Assembly (NCBI RefSeq): GCF_964355755.1
Contig: NC_092676.1
Location: forward strand, 2,671,788 to 2,735,787
DNA: 64,000 bases
DNA from: Antedon mediterranea
Taxonomy: Eukaryota > Animalia > Echinodermata
Reading direction: 5' to 3'
The stretch's first letter is position 1. The number at the start of each line of letters is the position of its first letter. A model generated the notes under the pieces. It made no database searches and was not told the DNA's origin. It was given only the letters and a program-made list of their open reading frames with translations. Shown one piece after another: positions 1 through 12,293 of the stretch. The translations under genes and the position numbers were made by a program.

Positions 1-404
1 AATTTGTATAAATTGGGCTCTATATCAAAATACTGGATTCACAACTTATAACAACAAAAACAAAACCTGATTTTAAGTTTCTTGTAATCATGTTATTGTA
101 TTGTTTAAATGGAAAACTGATTTATTTGGCAAATTAGGTGAATTTCATAAAGCCATTGTCATCATCGAATCACGCAACAAAACACAGGAGAGTTAAGTTG
201 ATGAGAAACAGAATTTTTTAATATTCTTTAGTCTACCAAGAAATAAATCAATAGAAAGATAATTTGAAAATGTCAAAAACTAATTCTAATATTGTTTTTG
301 ACAGATAACTATTTTATTTTAAAATAACGTTTTTGGTAAAATTCGCTAATGTGAACCAGTTTTTGTTTTTCTCCCCAAAAAGTACAAATTTCAAATGTTT
401 GATT

Positions 405-705
405 CAATAGAACCTCTATAGCTCTGTCTGGAGCTTGTTAAATAATAATATTAATTATGTAATAAATCTCAACTACTTATCCTAATATTTAAAAAAAAAT
501 TTTTTTTTTAATACGTACCCAAAATGTTTATATTTTTACCTTTTTTCTAAATTGGAATAATGTGAAAATCAGATTCAGATGAAACCATGCTAATGTATGT
601 TATTCTTGGATGAAACATCACACTTTGTCAAACGAGTTTGATAGTGTAGACAGAGCTTTGGAAGTGTCCCCTTAATAGCAGTGTCCCCTGAATAGAGGTT
701 GACAA
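405..705. mobile_element. Degenerate Tigger/pogo-like MITE with a nested Harbinger-like MITE remnant (420-657)
   Basis: CAATAGAACCTCTAT ... GTGTCCCCTTAATAG/GTGTCCCCTGAATAGAGGTTG; inner AGCTCTGTCT ... AGTTTGATAGTGTAGACAGAGCT. Confidence 0.5.
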
Positions 706-1199
706 TGACATTAATAGTATTAAAACATTCATAGCATTTCCATTTCACGGGAGTGGAGGTGTCCTACTTTTTAGTTGCATAATAATACTAACACACAATA
801 CCAATGTTGATTAATAATTTTAGTGTTAAACCATCCTATTATGTACTGTGTGTTATGTGAAAAGAAACTGTTCTTAAGAAATTGTATATTGGAATTTTAA
901 GTAGGTTTGGTTTTATCTATCCAACCATGTAAATAAAACTGTAACCAACGCCTTTATGGAGGTTAAAAACAGATGGCCCCAAATTAACCTATCATTTAAT
1001 TCTTATCTTCCCCTTAATTATGTCAATGACATACTTTAATTGTCTTTGCAATGTATTCACCTGGTTTTTATATGGACCACACAGATTGAAAACCTCTTGA
1101 AATCACAGGGCCTCTGAAACAATAAGCTTTTACTTCCTCTGTCAAAAAGCTTTGTTTTGCAAATATTGAATATTACCAGAGAAACCAGGTCTTTCAATA

Positions 1200-1960
1200 A
1201 AACAATAGAACTATTTTCAGTCGTGACGTAAGTAGGTATTGTAGTTCAATTGCCTGATAAATGTGTGGATATCCGAGCAACAAAAGGCGTTTTTATCAAT
1301 AACCTATTGTTACGTTCTCTGCTATTCTTTTATCCTCATCCATTCAGAGAGGAGAAAGCAGTTAAATGCTTTCAGTCTCTCAAAATGTCAAAGGTCAAGC
1401 CTGGGCTGCATTCTTGCGTGTGTTAAAGACAAATAAACGATAGCGATGTCAGTAGACTCCCACATGTCATTAGGATTTCATTTAGAGAGAATGTTTTTAT
1501 TGTGATCGTAACAAATGGGTAGAGCAGAGAAACCGGTCAGTAAGTCTTTTTGTCTTTCTTTTTTTATGTAATTCATGTGATAAAGGGTTAATCTCAGCTG
1601 GTACCAGTTATAACAGGAGGGTGGTCTGTCATGTCAATATCCCTGGCCTGAATTTAACTACAAGGTCACCTTATAAATAAAAATCTGTATAAAACAAAAA
1701 ATACCTTTTAAAATGATTAAGTCTGTGAGTTTAGGTAAAAAAGGGGAGAAAAAAAGGTGTTTTTATTAGTACAACTACAGTACATCGAACAGTATACTAG
1801 TTTGCCGGCTGAGTACTTTCCTCTCGGATACAGACAGCATCGTCGTCGTAGTCGCTGTAATTGCAAATTGAAAAGTGCTGGATTAATTGCTAGTGTCACT
1901 TTCCTCTTCCTGTAAATAGACTACGAGCGGAAACAATGACGGCTATTGTTATTCATCGGA
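1200..1960. promoter_or_regulatory. Candidate promoter/cis-regulatory module
   Basis: Non-repetitive, less AT-rich island with a CpG run (1839-1856), CRE-like TGACGTAA (~1224), DR1 ATGTCA-A-AGGTCA (1385-1397) and inverted Sox pair AACAAT-N7-ATTGTT (1932-1950). Confidence 0.35.
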
Positions 1961-2067
1961 ATGGTTGCATCAAAATCTTAGTTGATTCAATATTATGCAT
2001 TCTTAGTCAGATTGGAAATGCATGCTGTACTGTAGACTGTATATTACATTCTGATGCATATAATGCT

Positions 2068-3010
2068 GTATATTAATAATATTGCTATTTTTTGCAAACA
2101 CCTTATTCTCAACAGACTAAAGTAAATTATAATCATATTGTTTTAATCTGTACTATTTCAACTTATTGATTTGATTTGAATAATTTGATAAATTAGCTAT
2201 GTTTATTCATTTTTAAACATAGCTAGTTTTATTAATATTGTTATTTTCTGCAAACACCTTAATATTCTCAACAGACTGTATTAAATTATAATCATATTGT
2301 TTTAATCTGTACTATTTTAATTAATTAATTTGATTTGAATAATTTGATAAATTATCTATGTTTATTCATTATTAAACATAGCTAGTTTTATTAATAATTT
2401 GCTATTTTTTGCAAAAACCTTAATATTCTCGACAGACTATATTAAATTATAATCATATTGTTTTAATCTGTACTATTTTAATTAATTAATTTGATTTGAA
2501 TAATTTGATAAATTAGCTATGTTTATTCATTATTAAACATAGCTAGTTTTATTAATTTGCTATTTTCTGCAAAAACCTTAATATTCTCAACAGACTAAAG
2601 TAAATTATAATCATATTGTTTTAATCTGTACTATTTCAACTTATTGATTTGATTTGAATAATTTGATAGATTAGCTATGTTTATTCATTATTAAATGTAG
2701 CTAGTTTTATTAATAATTTGCTATTTTCTGCAAAAACCTTAATATTCTCAACAGACTATAGTTAATTATCATATTGTTTTAATCTGTACTATTTCAACTA
2801 ATTTGATTTGATTTGAATAATTTGATAGATTATCTATGTTTAGTCATTATTAAATGTAGCTAATTAATAATATTGCTATTTTCTGCCAACACCTACTGTA
2901 TATTCTCAACAGACTATAGTTAATTATCATATTGTTTTAATCTGTATTATTTCAACTAATTTGATTTGAATAATTTGATAAATTATTATGTTTATTCATT
3001 ATTAATAATA
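2068..3010. repeat. Tandem repeat, ~158-160 bp unit, ~6 copies
   Basis: Unit AATATTGCTATTTT...TATTCTCAACAGACT...TTTAATCTGTACTATTT...GAATAATTTGATAAATTAGCTATG recurs at ~2075, 2233, 2393, 2552, 2711, 2866. Confidence 0.95.
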
Positions 3011-3718
3011 AGCAAACTACACTAGTGGTTGATAATTTTGAATTATGTGATGTCGTATTGAATCTCATAGTAATTAGCTTATACTTTATTAATTTAAATA
3101 ATTATTAATTAATACTGAATAGGATTTGAATAGAAAGTAAAATCAGTGATATTCACTTATCATCCAATGCTATTAATCTGTTTCGTTGAATTCCATAATA
3201 ATTAACATATGGTATTAATTTGAATTAATTAGCCTAATAAATTTAATTTGCATAATTGCAAGATTATTGTTTATTTAATAGTAGATTGAGGCAAAGGTGG
3301 TTAACATTAATGTTCTAGTTATGGAAATCTCCAGGATTAATTGTAATAGTTGATTCCATCCGGTTTATTTTAAAATGGATCTACTACACAATGTTCATAC
3401 GCAATTTCAGGATTATGTTTAAACCACTTTTCTTTATCTTGTATAGAATGTGTGTCCACAGAATGAATGTATATTATCGCTATTGCAATACTGTAAATTG
3501 TTAATGACATAGTATAAAACAGACTCCAAATGATGATGATGATTCAATCTTTCAATCTTTACTTGATCATCGATTCCTGATGATGATGATCAAATAAAGA
3601 TCGAAACATTAAATCATGGTTTGTCTCTCGTTTTTTGTAATCAGTTTTATACTATGTTGTTTAAACATAATAAATACATCTACAGTATTATTGGTACAGT
3701 ATTAATGTACCACATTAT

Positions 3719-4100
3719 TGTATGGTTGGCATGCAGTATTATTACTGCTACTGTATGGTTGGCATGCAGTATTATTACCGCTACTGTACAGTTTAGTTAT
3801 ACAAGTAAGTCTGTACGGTTGCAATACAGTGTATTACCACTACTGTATGGTTGCAATACAATATTTACCACTAAAGTCTGTATGGTTGCAATACAGTATT
3901 TACCACTAAAGTCTGTACGGTTGCAATACAGTATTTACCACTACTGTATGGTTGCAATACAGTATTTACCACTACTGTATGGTTGCAATACAGTACCACT
4001 AAAGTCTTTACGGTTGCAATACAGTATTTACCACTACTGTATGGTTGCAGTACAGTATTTTTACCACAACTACAGTATATGGTTGCAATACAGTATTTAC
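3719..4100. repeat. Minisatellite, ~31-35 bp unit (TGTATGGTTGCAATACAGTATTTACCACTA)
   Basis: About 11 direct copies; explains ORFs 3621..4247 and 3718..3909. Confidence 0.95.
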
Positions 4101-6518
4101 AGTGTGAATGTGTACTGTACTACCACTGTATCGTACAGTATACAGCCAATATTATTTTATAGACATCAAATATTAGTGTTTGTCTTCTTTCTGTACAATA
4201 CAATAGGCACAATCGTATTAATTACCCAAAACAACATGGCATCATGAACTTAGTTGGATTTAGTAAATCAGAGAAGATTGTCGTTTAGATCAAGTTGCAC
4301 CGACTTTACTATAATAATTCCATTTCAATTTAAATTACGTAAAACAAAAATATTTATTTATTGAGCTTGGAATAAATGGGTTTCGCTTTAATTCCTGTTG
4401 CGTGTTACTAAAAATAGTACACGACTCCAATTTCCCTTTTCTGAATGCGTCTCTGAATTCCGTGTAACTTGCGTTTTTAAATCCCATGTTTCTTCGATAA
4501 ACTCTCCACCAAATCACGGCTTTAAACATTGAGCATTAACTTGCATCCTGCTATGTTGTTTCTTGCTTCAAGATAAGAATAAAATATAATTTTAAATATA
4601 GTAAATGACATGAACGTGCCTAACAAAAATTGAATGCTAATAATACAAATCATATGTGTGTCAACATTTGATAAATATTTAGATAAAGATGTATGGAATT
4701 GATGTGCTGTGCGTATTAGACATTTCCTCTTGTTTTAAACTCTGACAAACAATTGAATCACATAAATTTGTTAATCTGAAGAACAGGTTAAGGTATAATA
4801 AACTATTATTATAATATGTATGTTGGGTAATTGTAGGTGAGTGCTCATGAAAGTAGAGTACATTATTCTATAAGCTGTGCATGTATTAATGTTTATATAA
4901 TATGTATATGGATAGATAAGAATTATTATTACAAACAATTATTAATTTATATATATACTGTATACATATAGCGAAAAAAATAAATTATTTCATGTATAAA
5001 GACAAACTAAACGGTTAATTTGACAGACAACTTGTAAAAATGTTTATACATCAGGTAAAAATTATTATTACAAACAATTAAGTTATATAAAAAAAATATT
5101 TCACAAGACAAAGTAAACGGTTAAATTTAACCAAAAACTCATTTTTTGACGGACAATTTTACCATATGCCGTAAATTACAGATTTTTTCACCTTTTTGCT
5201 TGGACCAATGAACCACAATATATCCTCAATTTCTGTGTGTGAAAATGGTTTATAATAATAATACTGATATGAACTTTAATATTAAGGATAATAGACAAAG
5301 GAGATAAGGAACAATGAACAACAAATTGACGAGAATTCCGACCTATTATTTAAAAAAATAAAAAGTACAACTTTTTCTTCTGAAATATATAATTGAAATT
5401 ATGGTAATATTATAATATTTAAAATCAGAATTTTTCTATTCTATTTTCTATTATTGTTTGGTTTTTGTTGGACATATATAAATTATATATTTCCTATTGG
5501 TTTTACCTTCAATTCTACAGCCAATACAGAATACAAACAAAACTTCCTAAACTCATTAAGACTTCCTATATGAAAATAACCATGTCTTTATATTATTTTA
5601 ATGGTTTAAACTCTATAAAAATACATGCATTTACATTGCATTTAATCTTGCTTATCAAAAAGTGTGATCCGTGCATTGTGACCCATTCTGCGTTGCTAAT
5701 AATGAACAAGTGGAGTCACAAGGTCACTCGGCAACTGATCACCCATTTTGGATATAACTCTGTATCTCATAAGTGAGACCGTTTGTTATTGTCGGATTCC
5801 TTGTCTTCTCTCATTCCATCGCCAGAATAATAACTCATTTTGCATGTCTGATAAATGAAGGTAATAAATTCGTTGTCGGACGTTATCTTATTTAGAATGT
5901 ATGTCCCAATGTCAGGAGGGGCTGCACGGGTTGTTCGCGAATCAATTCCTTTACCTGTCTGTCCGTCTGTTACAAGTTCATCATCGGGGTGAACACCAAC
6001 ATAACCTATATAATGTTTGTATGTCAACAAGGGGAAACATTAAAACAAAAAAAAGAGCATTAATTGTCGATAGTTCATGAGTCGTACGTCTACATTGATG
6101 AGCCTATTCTTACTTACTACTAATGCTATTTAATACGCAACTCGTACATTGCATATTTTAAGTGCAGTTAGGATGAAAGTTGAAGCTCTTAATAATAAAT
6201 ATTGATGATAATGGTGAACATTTACTTCTGTATTTCCAATTTAATTTTTCAAAGGAATTTTAAAATCTTTGTTTATTTCCCGGCCATTTCGATTACCGCT
6301 TTGCATTTTAATTTAACCTTTTTAAATCATTTTCAGTATTTTGACTTTTGTTTGAATGTTCACTTAAAGATTTTATATTGATTTATTTGTATAATATTTT
6401 AATTAGATATTTATAATAATTAGTATTATTTATTCTCAATTTATTATTCTACATTATTTAGGCAAATATTAAAATTTAATACTTTTAATATATAATAATT
6501 ATGTTCATATTATTATTA

Positions 6519-6835
6519 AGCTCCATGTCCACACTATCAAACTTTGTGACAAAATGTGATGTCATACCATTACCATTTTTAAGCATGTCACTACCACATT
6601 TGGGCACATCACACAGGCCTTGTCTTTTAAGGCGAGTGAGTGCGATCACTCACCTAACACACTCCTGAACTGCCCTTGAGGAGTGCAATTTACAACACGC
6701 TTAAATTTAGTAAACTTCTACACACGAAAATACAAACAGCACACCTACAGCACCCCTGAATTTATTGAGGAGTGCAATTTGTAGCACATCTATCATTTTC
6801 ACAAACTAGTTTGATAGTGTACTGTAGGCACAGCT
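6519..6835 (+). mobile_element. Harbinger-like MITE family A, interrupted by a ~180 bp insert (~6613-6790)
   Basis: TIR-like ends AGCTCCATGTCCACACTATCAAACT / AGTTTGATAGTGT; insert begins CAGGCCTTGTC and contains TTGAGGAGTGCAATTT twice. Confidence 0.75.
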
Positions 6836-7166
6836 TTTTTACTATTACTACAATAATCTTTGATTTATACCAATATAACAATAATATTTGTTATAATACA
6901 GTATCTATGCAGAAAATAAATTACTAACATTTGCACTCTGAATGTACTGTATAGATTTTCCAGATACTGAGTGTATGTATGAGCAATGGCATAAGTGGGA
7001 GGGGGGAGGTGTTAACGTATTAAAGATAAATAGCAACAATTCAGGGTGGTTGCCAACAAGTAAAGAGTGGGTGTAAAAAAGCTTTGCATGAAGGCTATAA
7101 ATTAGAGATGGTTGAGACAAATGTTAGAAGGTGCCAACAAATTAAGGATGGATGGAAACATCCTTA

Positions 7167-7564
7167 AGCTCACTGTCCACACTGTCAAACTTCCTCTGAT
7201 ACAAAAAAAAAATGAGATGTGCCCATATTTGGACATGATGATGTCATACCACTACCATAAAACATTTAATTACTTTCTTTATGATAATTGCTATGGTATT
7301 GATTTACCTATAATTTTAGCTAATTGTGTTGTTTAATTAATTATCTATATAAATTATATTTATTGATTCAATCCTGTTATGGGTGACTTTGGTCGCTGTT
7401 GGATGAAGATGAAATAAAATAAAAAACAAAAAATAAATATTTAAGCATAATACTACAATATTTACAGTAAGCATATCACTACTACCATATTTAAGCATAT
7501 CACTACCATATTTGGGCACATCACACTTCTTTTGTCAAACTAGTTTGATAGTGTAGACAGATCT
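7167..7564 (+). mobile_element. Harbinger-like MITE family A, interrupted by a retroelement 3' tail (~7260-7437)
   Basis: Both TIRs and internal CACTACCATATTT repeats present; insert ends TCGCTGTTGGATG...AAATAAAATAAAAAA. Confidence 0.8.
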
Positions 7565-8416
7565 TAACAGTATGCTGTAATAGTAGTACTACATTAGGAG
7601 AAGTTAATCTGTTTGCGGATCTAAGGTGGGACACTAACAAAATTACAATGCAAAAAGATATTAAAATATTAGGTTAGGTTCAACACTTTTTTGACAATTT
7701 TTAGACTAAAACAATGTTATTTTTAGAGCTGTAAGTTTTTATCAACATCGTGCATTTAGTAATATTGGTAAGAATAAGATTATAATGATTTATATCACAT
7801 TTGCCACGTTGTCATTTATTTTTATGCTAAAAAATTAAACCGAGTTTAAAAAAAGTGACATAATCTTAACCAGACCAGCAAATAGTCAGAAACAAATATA
7901 GGCTGACCTGTGTGTAAAGGTCGATTGAGTTAATTCATCATTAGTAACATTGTAATAAGCAGATGTGCTTAATAATAAGATCTACTGTCCTGCTTGTTTT
8001 TATGTTGCTCCTCGTTAAGAGTGGATCATGATGAAGATTACACAAAATGCATTACTAGTTACTTAAACATAAGTCTTAAGAATTAAATGAAGGGTTATAC
8101 TATACATACTACTAGTGTATGTGAACATTGCTTCGTATTGTCGTTTTATTGGGAAATAGAGAATTATGTATATGAAGAAATCAATTAGAACATTGTCACT
8201 CTTACAAGGATATATTTATTCAGAAATTACTAATTAGTATTAATAATACATTAACATTGTATTAAATACTGTTTAATTATCATTATTGCAAATTGTGAAA
8301 ATACATTTTGCTCTTTTAAATTTTAATGAAAAGACTGTTCTTGAAAGATAATGTTACAAAAATAAAAATTCTGTGACTTAATAAATTCTTTTTCCAAACA
8401 CAAGAACTCTTGACTA

Positions 8417-8640
8417 ACCTACGTTCACACTGAACCCGTATTCGGTCAGACGTCCAGAGATAATTCTGGGCCACATATTTGTTTGTCCATTCACACATGT
8501 ATGTTTTGTATAGGAATCCAAAAGTATATAGAAATCCATAGTTAATGCGAACTGTTCTATTATTAAACAATAAACCCATTTCTCCACATTTTATTCCCCA
8601 GACACTGTACAGGAATCTAGGCTCAGTGTGAAACGTAGCT
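8417..8640. mobile_element. Harbinger-like MITE family B
   Basis: TIRs ACCTACGTTCACACTGAACC / GGCTCAGTGTGAAACGTAGCT, with TAA on the right flank. Confidence 0.6.
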
Positions 8641-10860
8641 TAAACTAAAACAATTTTAAAACAGTCTTTACTAACAACAAAATGAATACGGTAGTGTAAA
8701 TGAATGCATAGAAACTTACTATAATACTAATACTGTACGAGTTTGCAAACAATTGTGCAAAATATATTACATTTTCATTGATTTTATTTTGAAGCACTTT
8801 GTATAACATCTGACTTCCTGTAATATATTAGCAGCAAATTGTGTAAATGATTACTGCTTTACACTTATATATTATAATCTATATAACACTATTATTATTA
8901 GACAATAGAATAGAAATATTTTTGTTGTTGAAATATTTATAAAAAAAATATTAGAATTAAATTTGAACATTTACAGTATTCAATAAAATATTATAAACAT
9001 AATAAAAAAACACGTAATGCAAATGAATGAATGAACATTTTATTTTTTTATTTATTTAGTAATTTGACCAATCACAAGTGACGAATCATTCAAATTATGG
9101 CTTGTGATTGGTCAAAGTGCTCGTGTTTGCATCCTTGTGGGAATTAATTAATTTTGTAGATTTTGTTCTCAACAATAATGTTTATTGTATGATATGAAAT
9201 ACATTCACCTTTTTATTAGAGTAAAAAACAGTCTTTATTTTGTTTAGTTTTACCTAAAATGAAAAATTAAATTTGCATCCCCATTGGATCAGTTGTTCTA
9301 ATTACATAGAATTCAGCAGATATTGATTCTTGTACTTTAAGTTTGTTAAAGAAAATTGACTAGATTTCAAGATATGACTGTAATTAAAAACACAATACGT
9401 ATTTGTTCAATGCAGCTGTCTTAGAAGATACGATAGAAAATGAGTTTGTTTGAATTAGACAGAAGCAGCCTTATCTCTAGCGTGTATTGTGTTTCATGCA
9501 TGCAGCCCTATATCTTAAGGGTGTGTCCGCATCAAATTATGTTTCATATAAGCAGTCCTATATCTTAAGGTTGTGTTCGCATCAAATAATTTTCTAGTTG
9601 CTTTGTTTGAATTATAATAGATATTTGAACATTTTTCGTTTGTTTTCAACCATTGAATAAATGAACTTAATATCCATTTTCTGATTTAGGTGAAATGTCT
9701 AAATACCTAAAAAACTTCTCATCACTATTCTTGAGTTGAAATTATTGCAAAAAAAGTTTTGTGAAATGCACACTTGTTTTGATACAAATATTCCATTGTT
9801 AAACAGGCAACAACAACAACGCAACATCCCATCTAAAGGACAAGATAATTGTTTTTCAGCTAAAATTCCCTTTTAATTTTATTTACTACATTGTTTGAAC
9901 AGCAATCTTTGTTTTTAGTATAATAGAAAAATGAAATTTGTAAACGTTTTGTTTTCCCGGAGCGAACTAGAAAGTTTTTATTTAATATAAGACTAACTTA
10001 AAACTGAATGTTTAAATGACATTATATATATTGCTATTAAACTGTGTTATAGTGTACATTACAACATAAAGTTGTATGATATGTGGTCTAGTTGGGTTTT
10101 ATCATATAAACATCTTCTATTGGGTTCAAAAGTATACGTTGCAGAACTAATAAAACAACATTTTCCAGAAAGAAACTCAATTATACGTGAACATACGGTG
10201 TTTATATACTTTATATAGTATTTCTAAAAGCGCAAAACAATGTAGAGACAATTTCAGTAGACAGTGAATAAGGTATTATTAAAGCGCCTTGAAATGATTC
10301 TGTAATGTAATGACAGTCCTTTTGGGCCTAGCCTGAAACACTCTGGAATGTGGGTCCAATTTCGACAATATATAGTTCTAACATTGTCAAGCATACATAA
10401 TGCTACGCCTGAAATCAGATCTGATACAAGATGCTTTACACAACCCACAGCTTCTATTAGTATTAACCTTCCATTGTTTATATAAGGGTGGGGAACCAAG
10501 ACTTGACAAAAACTTATTCTACTTCGAAACCTAGATCTTCTATTCTTTTGTTTTGTTTAACACAATATATAACAATGCTTTGACGTATTGATATTTCAAT
10601 AGAATTTTCTTTAAAGAACTTAAGTCAATATTCATGGCCTATTTTGATCTAACGTTTCCTTAAAAGGAAACAAAATTCTTTAATTAGAGTTATTTTTTGA
10701 AATTTTTTTAAAGTTTGTTTGTGTTTTTTTTTCAATACAAAATGAAAAAAAAAAAGCAGTGAAGTTGAGAGGAATTTATTCGGACAAAAAGTTTTATTTA
10801 AATATTTATCTTAAAAATTTACAATAGTATTCCTTTGTTTAAATTTAGCATAAATAAGGT

Positions 10861-11105
10861 GGGATTATACTTAAGCATGGGCTTATACTCGAGCATGGGC
10901 TTATACTTGAGCATGGACTTATACTCGAGCATGGACTTATACTCGAGCATGGACTTATAAGCGAACATAGGCTTATACTCAAGCATGGGCTTATACTCAA
11001 ACATGGACTTATAAGCGAGCATAGGCTTATCCTCAAGCATGGGCTTACTCGAGCATGGGCTTATTTTCAAGCATGAGACTAAACTTGAGCATAAGCTTAT
11101 ACTTG
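10861..11105. repeat. 18-bp minisatellite (GGGCTTATACTCGAGCAT) related to Tc2/pogo-like subterminal repeats
   Basis: About 13 copies; the same motif occurs near the ends of the MITEs at 32045-32227 and 35166-35353. Confidence 0.9.
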
Positions 11106-12067
11106 GTTACAGTAATATGTTCAATGTCAGTTGACTTTAAATTGTATTTCGTATTATATTTTCAAACAAATTCAAGACGGGAAAAAAATAACTGTTTTGT
11201 CGAAAAGCACATAAATAAATTACACGTTTCCATATCGGTGTTCTAATCGAAGAAAGCAAGCAAAGCAATCCAGTACATTAGATTGTCAATGTTTGATATA
11301 TTTTATCTTACCATCTTTTTATACATTTATTAAATTTATATAGTTCAGTGAGATATATTACATAGAGAGGAAGTATACCAGGTAACAGAGAAGTTTATAT
11401 GAATATAAGATTAAAAATGGAGTGAGTATACTAACAAAAAAAAAGGAAACAACGTAGCTTTGATAACTGTTAGAAATAAATATTGTTTTATATTTGGCAT
11501 GATTTTTATCTTTTTCACCTGGTGAGCCAGTGAAAGACTTCATTGAAAATATCACTGAAAATTATTGTCTATAATAAATTATTTTAATAGTAATAAGTAA
11601 ATCTCTGCAATGGCTAAAATTGTAACAGTTTTTTCGTTAAAAAATAATTTATGTTTTAAAATGCCAAAAAGTGTAAATATCCTCCTTGTTCAGTTCTTGT
11701 GACATTGTGACTTGTTATTTTATATTGAAACGTCAAATTTATAAACCTGTCAAATTTTATTTTTCCATTGTTATAGGCAGATGAGTCAGGCTTCATTGTT
11801 AATTTTAAATTCAAGGACTTTTATATAAAAACATAAAACGTCATCATGCTTATATCATGAAATAATAATAAGTGTTACAATGGAAATATTGTTATTTATA
11901 CAAATGAACATTGTATAGTAGTATAGTAACACTTTTCTTTTTTATTAGTAAAATTTACAGAAAAATGCCAATTGTTAAGAAACCATTACTCCATGGTTAA
12001 ACTAAAGAACATCATATACTATATAATGTGTATAAATTAAATTAATATATAATACAGAAAAAATATA

Positions 12068-12293
12068 AAATACATAATAGAAAAATAACGCTTAAAAAAG
12101 AACGACGTTTCGACTCCATCATGGGGTCATTATCAAGTCCAATGAATGACATTTTGTTGTTTAAATGTCATTCATTGGATTTGATAATGACCCCATGATG
12201 GAGTATTAATTTCATTCATTGGATTTGATAATGACCCCATGATGGAGTCAAAACGTCGTTCTTTTTGAAGCGTTATTTTTCTATTGTGTATTT
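12068..12293. mobile_element. Penelope-like element remnant: long inverted repeat with hammerhead-like motifs
   Basis: 12068-12154 is near-perfectly complementary to 12163-12204 and 12212-12293; motif TTGATAATGACCCCATGATGGAGTCGAAACGTC. Confidence 0.7.

Noticed and set aside
3621-4247. 208-aa ORF
   Set aside because: Translation of a minisatellite; non-ATG start, no domain.
4335-4529. 64-aa minus-strand ORF as a gene
   Set aside because: No recognisable homology, and stops in all three frames after the nearest acceptor.
10819-11070. Repetitive ORFs (also 36671-36923, 56476-56805, 57840-58268)
   Set aside because: Derived from minisatellites or MITE internal repeats.
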